From Promethearchaeia archaeon (GTDB lineage Archaea > Asgardarchaeota > Lokiarchaeia > Sigyniarchaeales > SOKP01): a DNA stretch of 32,000 nt. Location: contig JAWOFX010000002.1 of assembly GCA_046497275.1 (NCBI GenBank), positions 8,960-40,959 of the forward strand. The letters run 5' to 3'. The notes beneath the pieces are model-generated. The model saw only the letters and a program-made list of their open reading frames with translations. It was not told the DNA's origin and searched no databases. Positions 24,129 through 32,000 of the stretch are shown piece by piece; the stretch's first letter is position 1, and the number at the start of each line of letters is the position of its first letter. The translations under genes were made by a program, and so were the position numbers.

Positions 24129-26291
24129 ATGGTGGAAAAGAATCAAGATAATGAAAAAAAGAATTTCATGAATTATTTATTGCCCTTCGAAAAAAGAGCT
24201 GAAGATTTAATTTCACAAATGACCTTAGATGAAAAAATCTCTCAAATTTTTAATATTTCTACTGAGATTGAGAGCTTGAATATACCTTATTATGATTGGC
24301 GTAATGAAGGCTTGCAAGGAGTCGCTTTTGTTGAAGAGTCAACTATCTTCCCGCAAGCTATTGCCATGGCTGCGACTTTTAATGAAGAGCTTATTGAAAA
24401 TGTTGCAAATGTTATCGCAGAGGAAGCTCGAGCTCGTCATCATCATTATTTAAATAGAGGGGAGCAACAAAGATGGACAGGATTAACTTTTTCAACTCCA
24501 AATATAAATATCGTACGAGATCCCAGATGGGGAAGGGGACAAGAAACTTTCGGAGAAGACCCATATCTTACTTCAAGAATGGGTGTCGCATTTTGTAAGG
24601 GATTGCAAGGTTATGATCCAAAATATTTAAAAGTTTCTGCAGAAGCAAAGCATTTTGTCGTACATAGCGGACCTGAAAATTGTAGGCATGAAATTGATAT
24701 AAAAGTAAGTAAGAAAGACTTATATGAAACCTATCTACCCGCATTTAAAGCTTGCGTTCAAGAAGGAAATTGCGAAGGAATTATGAGTGCCTATAATCGA
24801 GTTAATGGTGAAGCAGCATCCGCAAGTAAAAATCTACTTCAAAATATACTTAGAGATGAGCTTGGATTTGATGGATATGTTATATCTGACGGAGGAGCAA
24901 TTAGGGATATTCATAAATACCATAAGGTGGCGGAAGATTATGCGGAGGCTGCTGCAATGGCTTTAAAAGCAGGTTGTGACATATTAAATCCCATGGATTT
25001 ACAAACAATAGCTAAATTAAAAAGACTTAGAAGATCAGTTAAAAAGGCTTTAAAAAAAAATATGATTAATAAACAAGACATTGATCTTACACTTAAAAGA
25101 ACGATGCGAGCAAGATTTAAATTGGGTATGTTCGATCCCCCGGAATTAGTTCCCTATCAAAATATATCTTATGATGTGATTAATTCTAAAAAGCATCGAG
25201 AGTTATCCCTTCATACAGCACGTGAGAGTATCATATTATTAAAAAATGAGAATAAACTTTTACCTTTAAATAAGGAGATTGATTCCATAGCAATTATAGG
25301 TCCAAATGCAGATAATAAGAAAGCGTTATATTATCCTCATTATTATCCGTATCCTCCGAAGATAGTGACCATTCTTGAAGGAATACAGAATAAAGTGAAA
25401 TCAAAAATAGAGGTATTGTATGCCAAAGGAACAGAACTAACTGAACCATCAGATAGTAAGGCAAAAGCTCTGCAGATTGCCAGAAAATCCGATTTAATAG
25501 TTGGAGTATTTGGTTTAACTGGGGATATTGAGGGAGAGGAAGGATATGTAATAGGTCCTCTCCGTGGTGATCGAGACAATCTCAAATTGCCAAAAGTTCA
25601 AGAAGAAATGATAAAAGAATTAAATGATCTTGGAAAACCATTCATCCTTATTCTTACTAGTGGAAGCGCATTAGCTATCGATTATGCTAAAGAAAATATC
25701 CCTGCAATAGTTCAAGCATGGTATGCGGGATGTGAGGGTGGAAATGCAATTTCGGAAGTAATTTTTGGGGATTACAATCCTGCAGGAAGATTACCGATAA
25801 CATTTTATAAATCAATCAATCAGCTTCCCGATTATGAAGATTATAGTATGATTGGTAGGACTTATAGATACTTTGATGAAGAGGTGATATATCCATTTGG
25901 ATATGGATTGAGCTATACCGAGTTTGTGTATAATAACTTAGAAATTTCTCCAAATAAGATTAATGAAGATGATACTATAACAATTAAGGTTGATATAAAA
26001 AATATTGGTGAATATTCAGGAGAAGAAGTAGTTCAAGTTTATGTTAGTAGAGAGGATTTAGGATTCAGAGTTCCAAAGCATGAATTAAAAGCCTTTAAAC
26101 GCATTTTAATTGAAAGAGGTGAAATTAAAACTATTAAGTTTTCAATGAAATCCTCTGATTTATATTCAGTTAACAAGGAAGGAAAGTTTGTATTTCCTCC
26201 AGGTGAAATAAAATTTTATGTGGGGGGATGCCAACCAGGATTTGATTTTTCTAATATTTTATCTAAAAAAATAAGAATTATAAAAGAATAA
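24129..26291 (+). CDS. Glycoside hydrolase family 3 (beta-glucosidase/beta-xylosidase) with C-terminal Fn3-like domain
   Basis: PNINIVRDPRWGRGQETFGEDP, KHF, MSAYN, nucleophile motif YVISDGGA, GEEG, YPFGYGLSYT, EVVQVY. No signal peptide. Confidence 0.93.
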   Translation: MVEKNQDNEKKNFMNYLLPFEKRAEDLISQMTLDEKISQIFNISTEIESLNIPYYDWRNEGLQGVAFVEESTIFPQAIAMAATFNEELIENVANVIAEEARARHHHYLNRGEQQRWTGLTFSTPNINIVRDPRWGRGQETFGEDPYLTSRMGVAFCKGLQGYDPKYLKVSAEAKHFVVHSGPENCRHEIDIKVSKKDLYETYLPAFKACVQEGNCEGIMSAYNRVNGEAASASKNLLQNILRDELGFDGYVISDGGAIRDIHKYHKVAEDYAEAAAMALKAGCDILNPMDLQTIAKLKRLRRSVKKALKKNMINKQDIDLTLKRTMRARFKLGMFDPPELVPYQNISYDVINSKKHRELSLHTARESIILLKNENKLLPLNKEIDSIAIIGPNADNKKALYYPHYYPYPPKIVTILEGIQNKVKSKIEVLYAKGTELTEPSDSKAKALQIARKSDLIVGVFGLTGDIEGEEGYVIGPLRGDRDNLKLPKVQEEMIKELNDLGKPFILILTSGSALAIDYAKENIPAIVQAWYAGCEGGNAISEVIFGDYNPAGRLPITFYKSINQLPDYEDYSMIGRTYRYFDEEVIYPFGYGLSYTEFVYNNLEISPNKINEDDTITIKVDIKNIGEYSGEEVVQVYVSREDLGFRVPKHELKAFKRILIERGEIKTIKFSMKSSDLYSVNKEGKFVFPPGEIKFYVGGCQPGFDFSNILSKKIRIIKE

Positions 26292-26308
26292 AAAAAAGAA
26301 TGATTTTA

Positions 26309-29300
26309 TTAATCCTTAAAACTTAGCTCTTTCCCGCAACTTGGGCAAAATTTCTTCGGACTATCAATCTGAGTACCACAGAATGGACAATAATAAACAT
26401 CGCCCAATTCTACTGGTCTCGATGAGTCATAATATGATTCCTCAGATCTCTGATCTTCGAAACTAGTATCATATGGTTGATAATAATCACGTCCAGCTTC
26501 TTCTGGTTCGATCTTTTTCCTTCTCCGAATATAAATAAAAACTCCAATCCCAATGATAGCGGCAATCACAGCAATGATAATAATTATTGTCGCCCAATCT
26601 ATAGATGGTCTAATAAAGAGAATTATAATGAACGGATCATTAGTAATATTTCCTTCACTATCTAACACATTTACTAGTAATAAACTTATATAATTGCGTT
26701 GTTGTGCAGATGCTGCTGTAGATACGGATTTTTGCCCTTGAATTGAACTATAAGATAAGCTATTCGGTATGGTTAAAGAACCAGTAAATTTTTGACTTGT
26801 AGGATCAAAATCCATCACAGAAATATAAAAAGAAGATGATATCATAGGATAAATTATCTGAGATTCCCCAATAGGTTCGGAAAGAGCCGCCATAAAGAAA
26901 TTAACTGAAACCGTTAACTGAGAATCTAAATCTCTATTTATGGTACCTGTATCAAATGCATCAATTTCAAAATTTACAGAAGCCCCTTGGCTTCCCATTT
27001 GGGCAATCACACTATCATCTTGGGTAGTTTCAGAGAAAGTTTTCCAAGGATTCATTCCTATTTTGAATCTTGAAGTCGATTCATCAATATCAGGATTATA
27101 ATTATTTATCTCAAAAACTTGCCTTGGAGAATTAGGAGTAAAATAACCATTTTCATATGGAATAATATAAAAAATTCCATACCCAGAGGGATCTGTTGGC
27201 AATGTCAATGTATTATCATATATTGTTGAACCAGTTGAACCACTATGAGATAATTCAATTGTGCGATTGACAGTTTTTTCTTTATTATAAAAACTATAAG
27301 AGAATAGAGAAACATAAGCTTTGAAAGGATCATAACTGGAAGAATCAAGATCAACTTCTAAATCTATATTACTACCTTTATTTACCTCATCGGGATTGGA
27401 TAATAGATAATCTATGCCCGGAATTGAATTCGAACCATAATATAATAGCTTAGAGGATTTATTGTATGTATTTACACCTTTTGTAAAATTCACAATAATA
27501 GGATAGGGTTGGTTTCTTGGAGTGAAAGGGAAATTAATAGCATTATTAAATGCGATCCCCGCTTCTAAGGATGTTAGTTCAATCGGAAAATAATTGCTCC
27601 CATTGGTAATATATGCTGAGAGAGACGAAGCTAAGGTGTTGTTGTCTATAGGTAAATTAGTTGTTAAATTTTTTACGTACACTGAAATGCTAAAGTCACT
27701 AGAGGGTGCTCTTGTGGTATTCAATCGAATATTAATAGATACCTCCTTATCATCAAGAAAGTAATCCATCATATTAGATAGTAATATTTCATGGTTACTG
27801 GAATAATTATTGAATTCAAGATCATAATCATTATAAAGCCAATGAAGATCTCCAAAACCAATAAAATTTCCCTTTCCTTGAGTTCCATTATATGCAACAC
27901 CAACAGTTATATTATTTATTTTTCCTATAGGTTCGGCGCTTCCTGTTAGATCAAAACTATGTCCATAAAGCCAATAATACTTATCAACTCCCTCCATTAA
28001 TTCATGGGAGACGGGTGAAACAGGGAGAGAAGTAACACTTGTGCCAATTCCAAGCCATTCATCAAGCATTATATTTTCCTCTTGGATTTGAGTATCTATA
28101 TTCAGCTCAGAAAAAAGTATATTAAGACTTTCTGAACAAATTTCTTGATAACGTGTACCTAAATAGAGAATATTACCCCCAGAATTATAATAATTAACAA
28201 TATTATTGATTTCTTCTGGACTATAAGGAAGAATAGGTGTTTGAAGGACTAATAAATCATATTGAGCTAATCGCTCCTCTGTTAAAATATAATTATCTGT
28301 TTCGTTGTTATAATAGGGTTGCCAATACTCCATCAAATAATCTATGGAATAATTCAATCTAACCAAATCTTTCATCGCATCATAAAAACCAATTTGAGTA
28401 AATGAAAATTGAGGATAAACCCAATCATTAAGTCCATGATAAGAATCCATCAAGATCCGCGATTCTGGAAGTCTAACTTCAATCGAAACATCGGCAGTAT
28501 CCATTAATACCCCATTTATGGTCAGATTTATTTGAAAATTACGAATACCTGGAGTCGCATCATCTTGAACGGTAATATTAATTGTGGTATAATCAATGTC
28601 ATTTTCTGTAAAAGAAAAAGCTGTCTTGTCTAAAGAAATACTCAATCCATCAATTTCCGGAATTTCAAGGAGAACATTATTATTCATACCTGAAATAATT
28701 GAAAGATTTAATGCATGTGAATCACCTGGAAAGTTAAGCAAATTAAAGGGTTTTACTGGTAAAATATCAGGAAAGATTCTACTGACATTATTTATGTCTG
28801 AAAATGTCGAATTTATATGGCTTAGAAAATCTAGAGATGCGGAAACATTAATTAAACCTGCACCAGATCTAAGAAAATCCTCCTCTTCCTCTGCATCAGA
28901 AGGAGATCTTGCACCTTCCATTAGAGCAACCCTAACAGTTTCCGCTGTTAGAGATGGATAAGCTTCTTTTAGTATGGCTATTGCTCCAGACACAACTGGA
29001 CAAGACATACTCGTTCCACTCAATGGAATATAGTCAGCACTTCCAGAAAAATCAAAGAAATCTCCTATATAACGTTTCTCCTTTTCAATTACAGAATTCA
29101 CTGCGGAGGTTGAAATGATATGAACACCTGGAGCAACTAAATCTGGATATCCTAAATAGGTCAATGAAGGTCCCCAACTGCTAAATGATGCTAATTCATT
29201 ATCCTCATTAGTAGCTCCAACACTAATTACATCTGGATGAGAAGCAGGAATACCTCCTGTATAATAATCAGGACCAGAATTACCAGCAGACGCTACAAAA

Positions 29301-30262
29301 ATAACTCCATGATTATTTTTTGCATTAGTTATTGCTGAAGAGATAATTTCGCTTTCATCAAATATACTTCCCCCAAAACTCATGGAGATTATGTCAGATT
29401 TTGGAGCTGCCCATTGGATTGCTTCGAATATATCTATCTCTGAAAGACCCCCACTAACATTTCCTGCTTTTGCATTGATTATATTTACTCCAGGAGCTAC
29501 ACCTCTATATTTTCCACCAGAACTTGCTCCATTAGAACCAATAATTCCTGCAACATGAGTCCCATGTCCATTATAATCTGTTGAGCTTGTTTCATCATCA
29601 ACAAAACTATCTCTATTAATTATATTTAAGTCGAGATGATTATAAACTCCAGAGTCAAGAACTGTGACATTAACACCTGAACCGTCGTAGTCTAAATTAT
29701 CTGCACCAATAGCGGAAATCCACCAATTCGGGTAGGAATTTTCATTCAAATTCGATCCTTTAAGTGTTTCTTTAGTAAAAACTGGCTGTGAGAATAGCCG
29801 TGGTTTATTTATCGATAAAACTTGAAAAAATTGAGCAGTGTCTGATTCTATTTCAATTAATTCAATTATATTTACTTCACAATAGAGTGCTGAAACAATA
29901 TCAAGATTATTAATAATTTTATAATTTTCAAATAAAGAATCAATGATATTAATCCGTTGGTTCTTAGATACTCCTTCTTCAAATTGAAAGATTAATTTTA
30001 TTTTATTATCTTCAGTGATTTTATTAATATCAAGAGAATTCAAATAATCCTTTAGCTCAGTTCCAAATAATGAATTTTTATTTAGAATTAAGGAATGTTG
30101 AGGATTTTGTCCATATAAATCAAAATTAATATTTGAAAGATCTAAATTTTGTTGATTAGATGTAGTAGAATTTATCATACTAACTCCTATGAACGGAAAA
30201 ATGAATTGGCTCACAAATATTAAAATAATTATGAAGTTAGAATGATCTTTTACTTTTTTCAT
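26309..30262 (-). CDS. Membrane-anchored S8 subtilase with GIFT-like domain and cytoplasmic double zinc ribbon (Site-1-protease-like architecture)
   Basis: Signal peptide, I9-like propeptide, catalytic triad D203 (VLDSG), H233 (HGTHVAG), S418 (GTSMSCP), and oxyanion AGNSG. RILMDSYHGL (aa 602) opens a GIFT/DUF4350-like domain. There are many N-x-S/T sequons, a TM helix at ~aa 1224-1245, RRRKK, then CPFC...CPSC. Confidence 0.88.
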   Translation of the reverse strand: MKKVKDHSNFIIILIFVSQFIFPFIGVSMINSTTSNQQNLDLSNINFDLYGQNPQHSLILNKNSLFGTELKDYLNSLDINKITEDNKIKLIFQFEEGVSKNQRINIIDSLFENYKIINNLDIVSALYCEVNIIELIEIESDTAQFFQVLSINKPRLFSQPVFTKETLKGSNLNENSYPNWWISAIGADNLDYDGSGVNVTVLDSGVYNHLDLNIINRDSFVDDETSSTDYNGHGTHVAGIIGSNGASSGGKYRGVAPGVNIINAKAGNVSGGLSEIDIFEAIQWAAPKSDIISMSFGGSIFDESEIISSAITNAKNNHGVIFVASAGNSGPDYYTGGIPASHPDVISVGATNEDNELASFSSWGPSLTYLGYPDLVAPGVHIISTSAVNSVIEKEKRYIGDFFDFSGSADYIPLSGTSMSCPVVSGAIAILKEAYPSLTAETVRVALMEGARSPSDAEEEEDFLRSGAGLINVSASLDFLSHINSTFSDINNVSRIFPDILPVKPFNLLNFPGDSHALNLSIISGMNNNVLLEIPEIDGLSISLDKTAFSFTENDIDYTTINITVQDDATPGIRNFQINLTINGVLMDTADVSIEVRLPESRILMDSYHGLNDWVYPQFSFTQIGFYDAMKDLVRLNYSIDYLMEYWQPYYNNETDNYILTEERLAQYDLLVLQTPILPYSPEEINNIVNYYNSGGNILYLGTRYQEICSESLNILFSELNIDTQIQEENIMLDEWLGIGTSVTSLPVSPVSHELMEGVDKYYWLYGHSFDLTGSAEPIGKINNITVGVAYNGTQGKGNFIGFGDLHWLYNDYDLEFNNYSSNHEILLSNMMDYFLDDKEVSINIRLNTTRAPSSDFSISVYVKNLTTNLPIDNNTLASSLSAYITNGSNYFPIELTSLEAGIAFNNAINFPFTPRNQPYPIIVNFTKGVNTYNKSSKLLYYGSNSIPGIDYLLSNPDEVNKGSNIDLEVDLDSSSYDPFKAYVSLFSYSFYNKEKTVNRTIELSHSGSTGSTIYDNTLTLPTDPSGYGIFYIIPYENGYFTPNSPRQVFEINNYNPDIDESTSRFKIGMNPWKTFSETTQDDSVIAQMGSQGASVNFEIDAFDTGTINRDLDSQLTVSVNFFMAALSEPIGESQIIYPMISSSFYISVMDFDPTSQKFTGSLTIPNSLSYSSIQGQKSVSTAASAQQRNYISLLLVNVLDSEGNITNDPFIIILFIRPSIDWATIIIIIAVIAAIIGIGVFIYIRRRKKIEPEEAGRDYYQPYDTSFEDQRSEESYYDSSRPVELGDVYYCPFCGTQIDSPKKFCPSCGKELSFKD

Positions 30263-30488
30263 AATAGAGTAAAATCAAGCTCATTATTTATTTGTACTTT
30301 TAATAGAATAAAATCAAAGAAATTAAATCATAAGGTTTTAAATTTCATTTCACTTTAGATTAATGTTTATGGAGATCACTCGAATGATGAAAAAACCATA
30401 ATTTTTTTTAAAAATAATATACTATTCTCTCTAACTCAAAAAAGTATTTTGAAGATTCCAAATTTTTCTTGGATTTCAAATCGTATTT

Positions 30489-30590
30489 GGGGTCGTGGAT
30501 TAGCGGAAGATCACTCGCTTGGCATGCGAGAGGCCGGGGGTTCAATCCGAGGAAAATCTCTTCCCTTGAGAATAAATCCCCCCGACTCCA
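30489..30590 (+). tRNA. tRNA-Ala(GGC) with a 30-nt intron in the T-loop (30546-30575, position 58/59); CCA not encoded
   Basis: Acceptor stem GGGGTCG/CGACTCC with G3.U70, D stem GAT/ATC, anticodon stem CTCGC/GCGAG with loop TT-GGC-AT, T stem GGGGG/CCCCC. Removing 30 nt restores the loop TTCAAAT. Confidence 0.93.
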
Positions 30591-30732
30591 TTCTTATTTT
30601 TGCTAAATATATACCTTCATATATTATTTATAAGTTTGAGTTAATTCAATTCCTTTTTAATTATTGAAAGATCGAATGTTTAGATGAAAATTTATATTAG
30701 ATTTTTATATCAAGAGAGAGTAATTTTATCTT

Positions 30733-31566
30733 ATGAAATTTGAACAATTAATTTATGAAGAAAAAGATCAAGTTGCTTGGATTACTTTGAATAGACCAAA
30801 AGTATTAAATGCCTTAAGTATGCAATTATCCAAGGAATTAATGGAAGCCATAACTATAATTCGAGAATCGACAGAAATTAAGTTTGTTGTAATTATGGGA
30901 GCAGGAAATAATTTTTCTGTTGGTGATGATATTAGAGAAATGATAAAATGGGGAGATGCCAATCAAATAATGAGAAGAGTTCGTTATTACCAAAATATGG
31001 CTAATCAACTTGAGGAATTGGATAAAATAACTATCGCTGCTGTTGATGGTTATGCTGTGGGAGGTGGTCTCGAGATAACTATGGCGTGTGATTTCGTTAT
31101 AGCTACTGAACGTGCTAAATGGGGAATGCCCGAGGTAGATGTCGGTATCACTCCTGGATGGGGTGGAACTACCCGCTTAGCACGATTGATTGGAAGAAGA
31201 AGGGCAAAAGAGATTAATTTAATTGGAGCACTCCATAATGCTCAGACAGCAGTAGATTGGAATTTATGGAATCGTGTTGTTTCAAATGATCAATTAAATG
31301 CTGAAGTTGAAAGATTATTAGAAGTCCTTCGTTCAAAAAATCAGCAAGGATTAAGACAGCTCAAATTTATGATAAATCGAGGGGTTGAGTGTGATTTATA
31401 TACAGCGCAGGGATTTGAAGCCCTTTCTGCAGGATTAACTGGGGCTGTTAGTGGTATGTGGAAAATAAAAGATGCTGACCAAGGAAAAGGGATTTATGGC
31501 TTCCAAGATAAAGATAGTTTATGGAAAAAACGTAGAAATCTAGCAAGAGGCTTTTGGACAGATTAG
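30733..31566 (+). CDS. Enoyl-CoA hydratase/isomerase (crotonase family)
   Basis: ITLNRPKVLNAL, FSVGDDI, IAAVDGYAVGGGLEITMACD, PEVDVGITPGWGGT. Confidence 0.92.
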   Translation: MKFEQLIYEEKDQVAWITLNRPKVLNALSMQLSKELMEAITIIRESTEIKFVVIMGAGNNFSVGDDIREMIKWGDANQIMRRVRYYQNMANQLEELDKITIAAVDGYAVGGGLEITMACDFVIATERAKWGMPEVDVGITPGWGGTTRLARLIGRRRAKEINLIGALHNAQTAVDWNLWNRVVSNDQLNAEVERLLEVLRSKNQQGLRQLKFMINRGVECDLYTAQGFEALSAGLTGAVSGMWKIKDADQGKGIYGFQDKDSLWKKRRNLARGFWTD

Positions 31567-31877
31567 GATTTCTTAAAAGTAAAGTTAGTTCCAAACTCTA
31601 TTATTTATTGTTTTATTCAGTTCGTGAAACTGTCCTTTCATGCTTAAATGTATATATCAGTATATGATTGAGATATTATCCAAATAGGATCTAAAGGTTG
31701 TCATAATTTTATAACCGATATCAAAATTATATAAGAGTTAAAATTTTATTTCCAGAGTTAATTTCTTATGTAATAAAATAATCCTTAATCTAATTATCAT
31801 TATAAAAGCCTTAAATGAGTTTTAAACCCTCCCGATGTCGTTTTAGCATTGAAACAAATCAATTGGTTAATGAATCA

Positions 31878-32000
31878 ATGATTCGAATCATTATTGATAA
31901 AATCAAAGATGAGAGGATAAAACTTCTTAATGAATTAATAAAGACAATAAATTTTCGTGGTTTCATAAATCCATCTTATTCAGTTAGAAAGGGTATTTTA
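31878..32000 (+). CDS. Possible start of an ORF running off the window
   Basis: ATG at 31878 is followed by an open frame of 41 codons to the window end (MIRIIIDKIKDERIKLLNELIK...). Too short to classify. Confidence 0.3.
   Translation, partial: MIRIIIDKIKDERIKLLNELIKTINFRGFINPSYSVRKGIL

Noticed and set aside
30449-30667. 72-aa ORF from the track
   Set aside because: It overlaps the tRNA-Ala gene entirely and is a chance open frame.
3014-30962. Short antisense or overlapping ORFs in the track (3014, 4440, 6134, 8205, 8946, 9270, 10364, 13972, 14891, 15484, 17198, 17657, 19363, 19751, 20948, 22693, 23590, 25343, 26477, 28596, 30768)
   Set aside because: Each lies within or opposite a well-supported gene and has no recognisable motif, so they are treated as shadow ORFs.
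31567-31877. 310-bp intergenic region as a possible ncRNA or remnant
   Set aside because: It is AT-rich, and no convincing stems, repeats or coding motifs were seen.

Overview
AT-rich archaeal chromosomal window, most likely from an Asgard archaeon (Lokiarchaeia/Promethearchaeota). The evidence for this is a Loki-CTERM-type C-terminus, an intron-containing archaeal tRNA, an ADP-forming acyl-CoA ligase, and TPR and PAS-kinase genes. Most of the window is housekeeping or metabolic: MoxR ATPase plus VWA partner, HAD hydrolase, gatC, acdA, dut, dodecin, thiolase, purE, rpiA, OsmC, AEC and MFS transporters, GH3 and crotonase. The stand-out elements are: (1) a solitary, very large (842 aa) TnpB-family RNA-guided nuclease with a Fanzor/TnpB2-type rearranged RuvC, a ~150-aa insertion where Cas12 carries REC2, and a structured 3' flank that may be its omegaRNA, with no transposase or CRISPR array, followed by two tandem paralogues of unknown function; (2) a 1317-aa membrane-anchored subtilase whose domain order and motifs resemble eukaryotic Site-1 protease (MBTPS1/SKI-1), with an M50-like metalloprotease and a wHTH/membrane-protein pair ~6-7 kb away; (3) tRNA-Ala(GGC) with a 30-nt non-canonical T-loop intron; (4) an unannotated Loki-CTERM gene remnant. 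All calls were made by eye. Reference sequences used for comparison were recalled from memory and need alignment checks.
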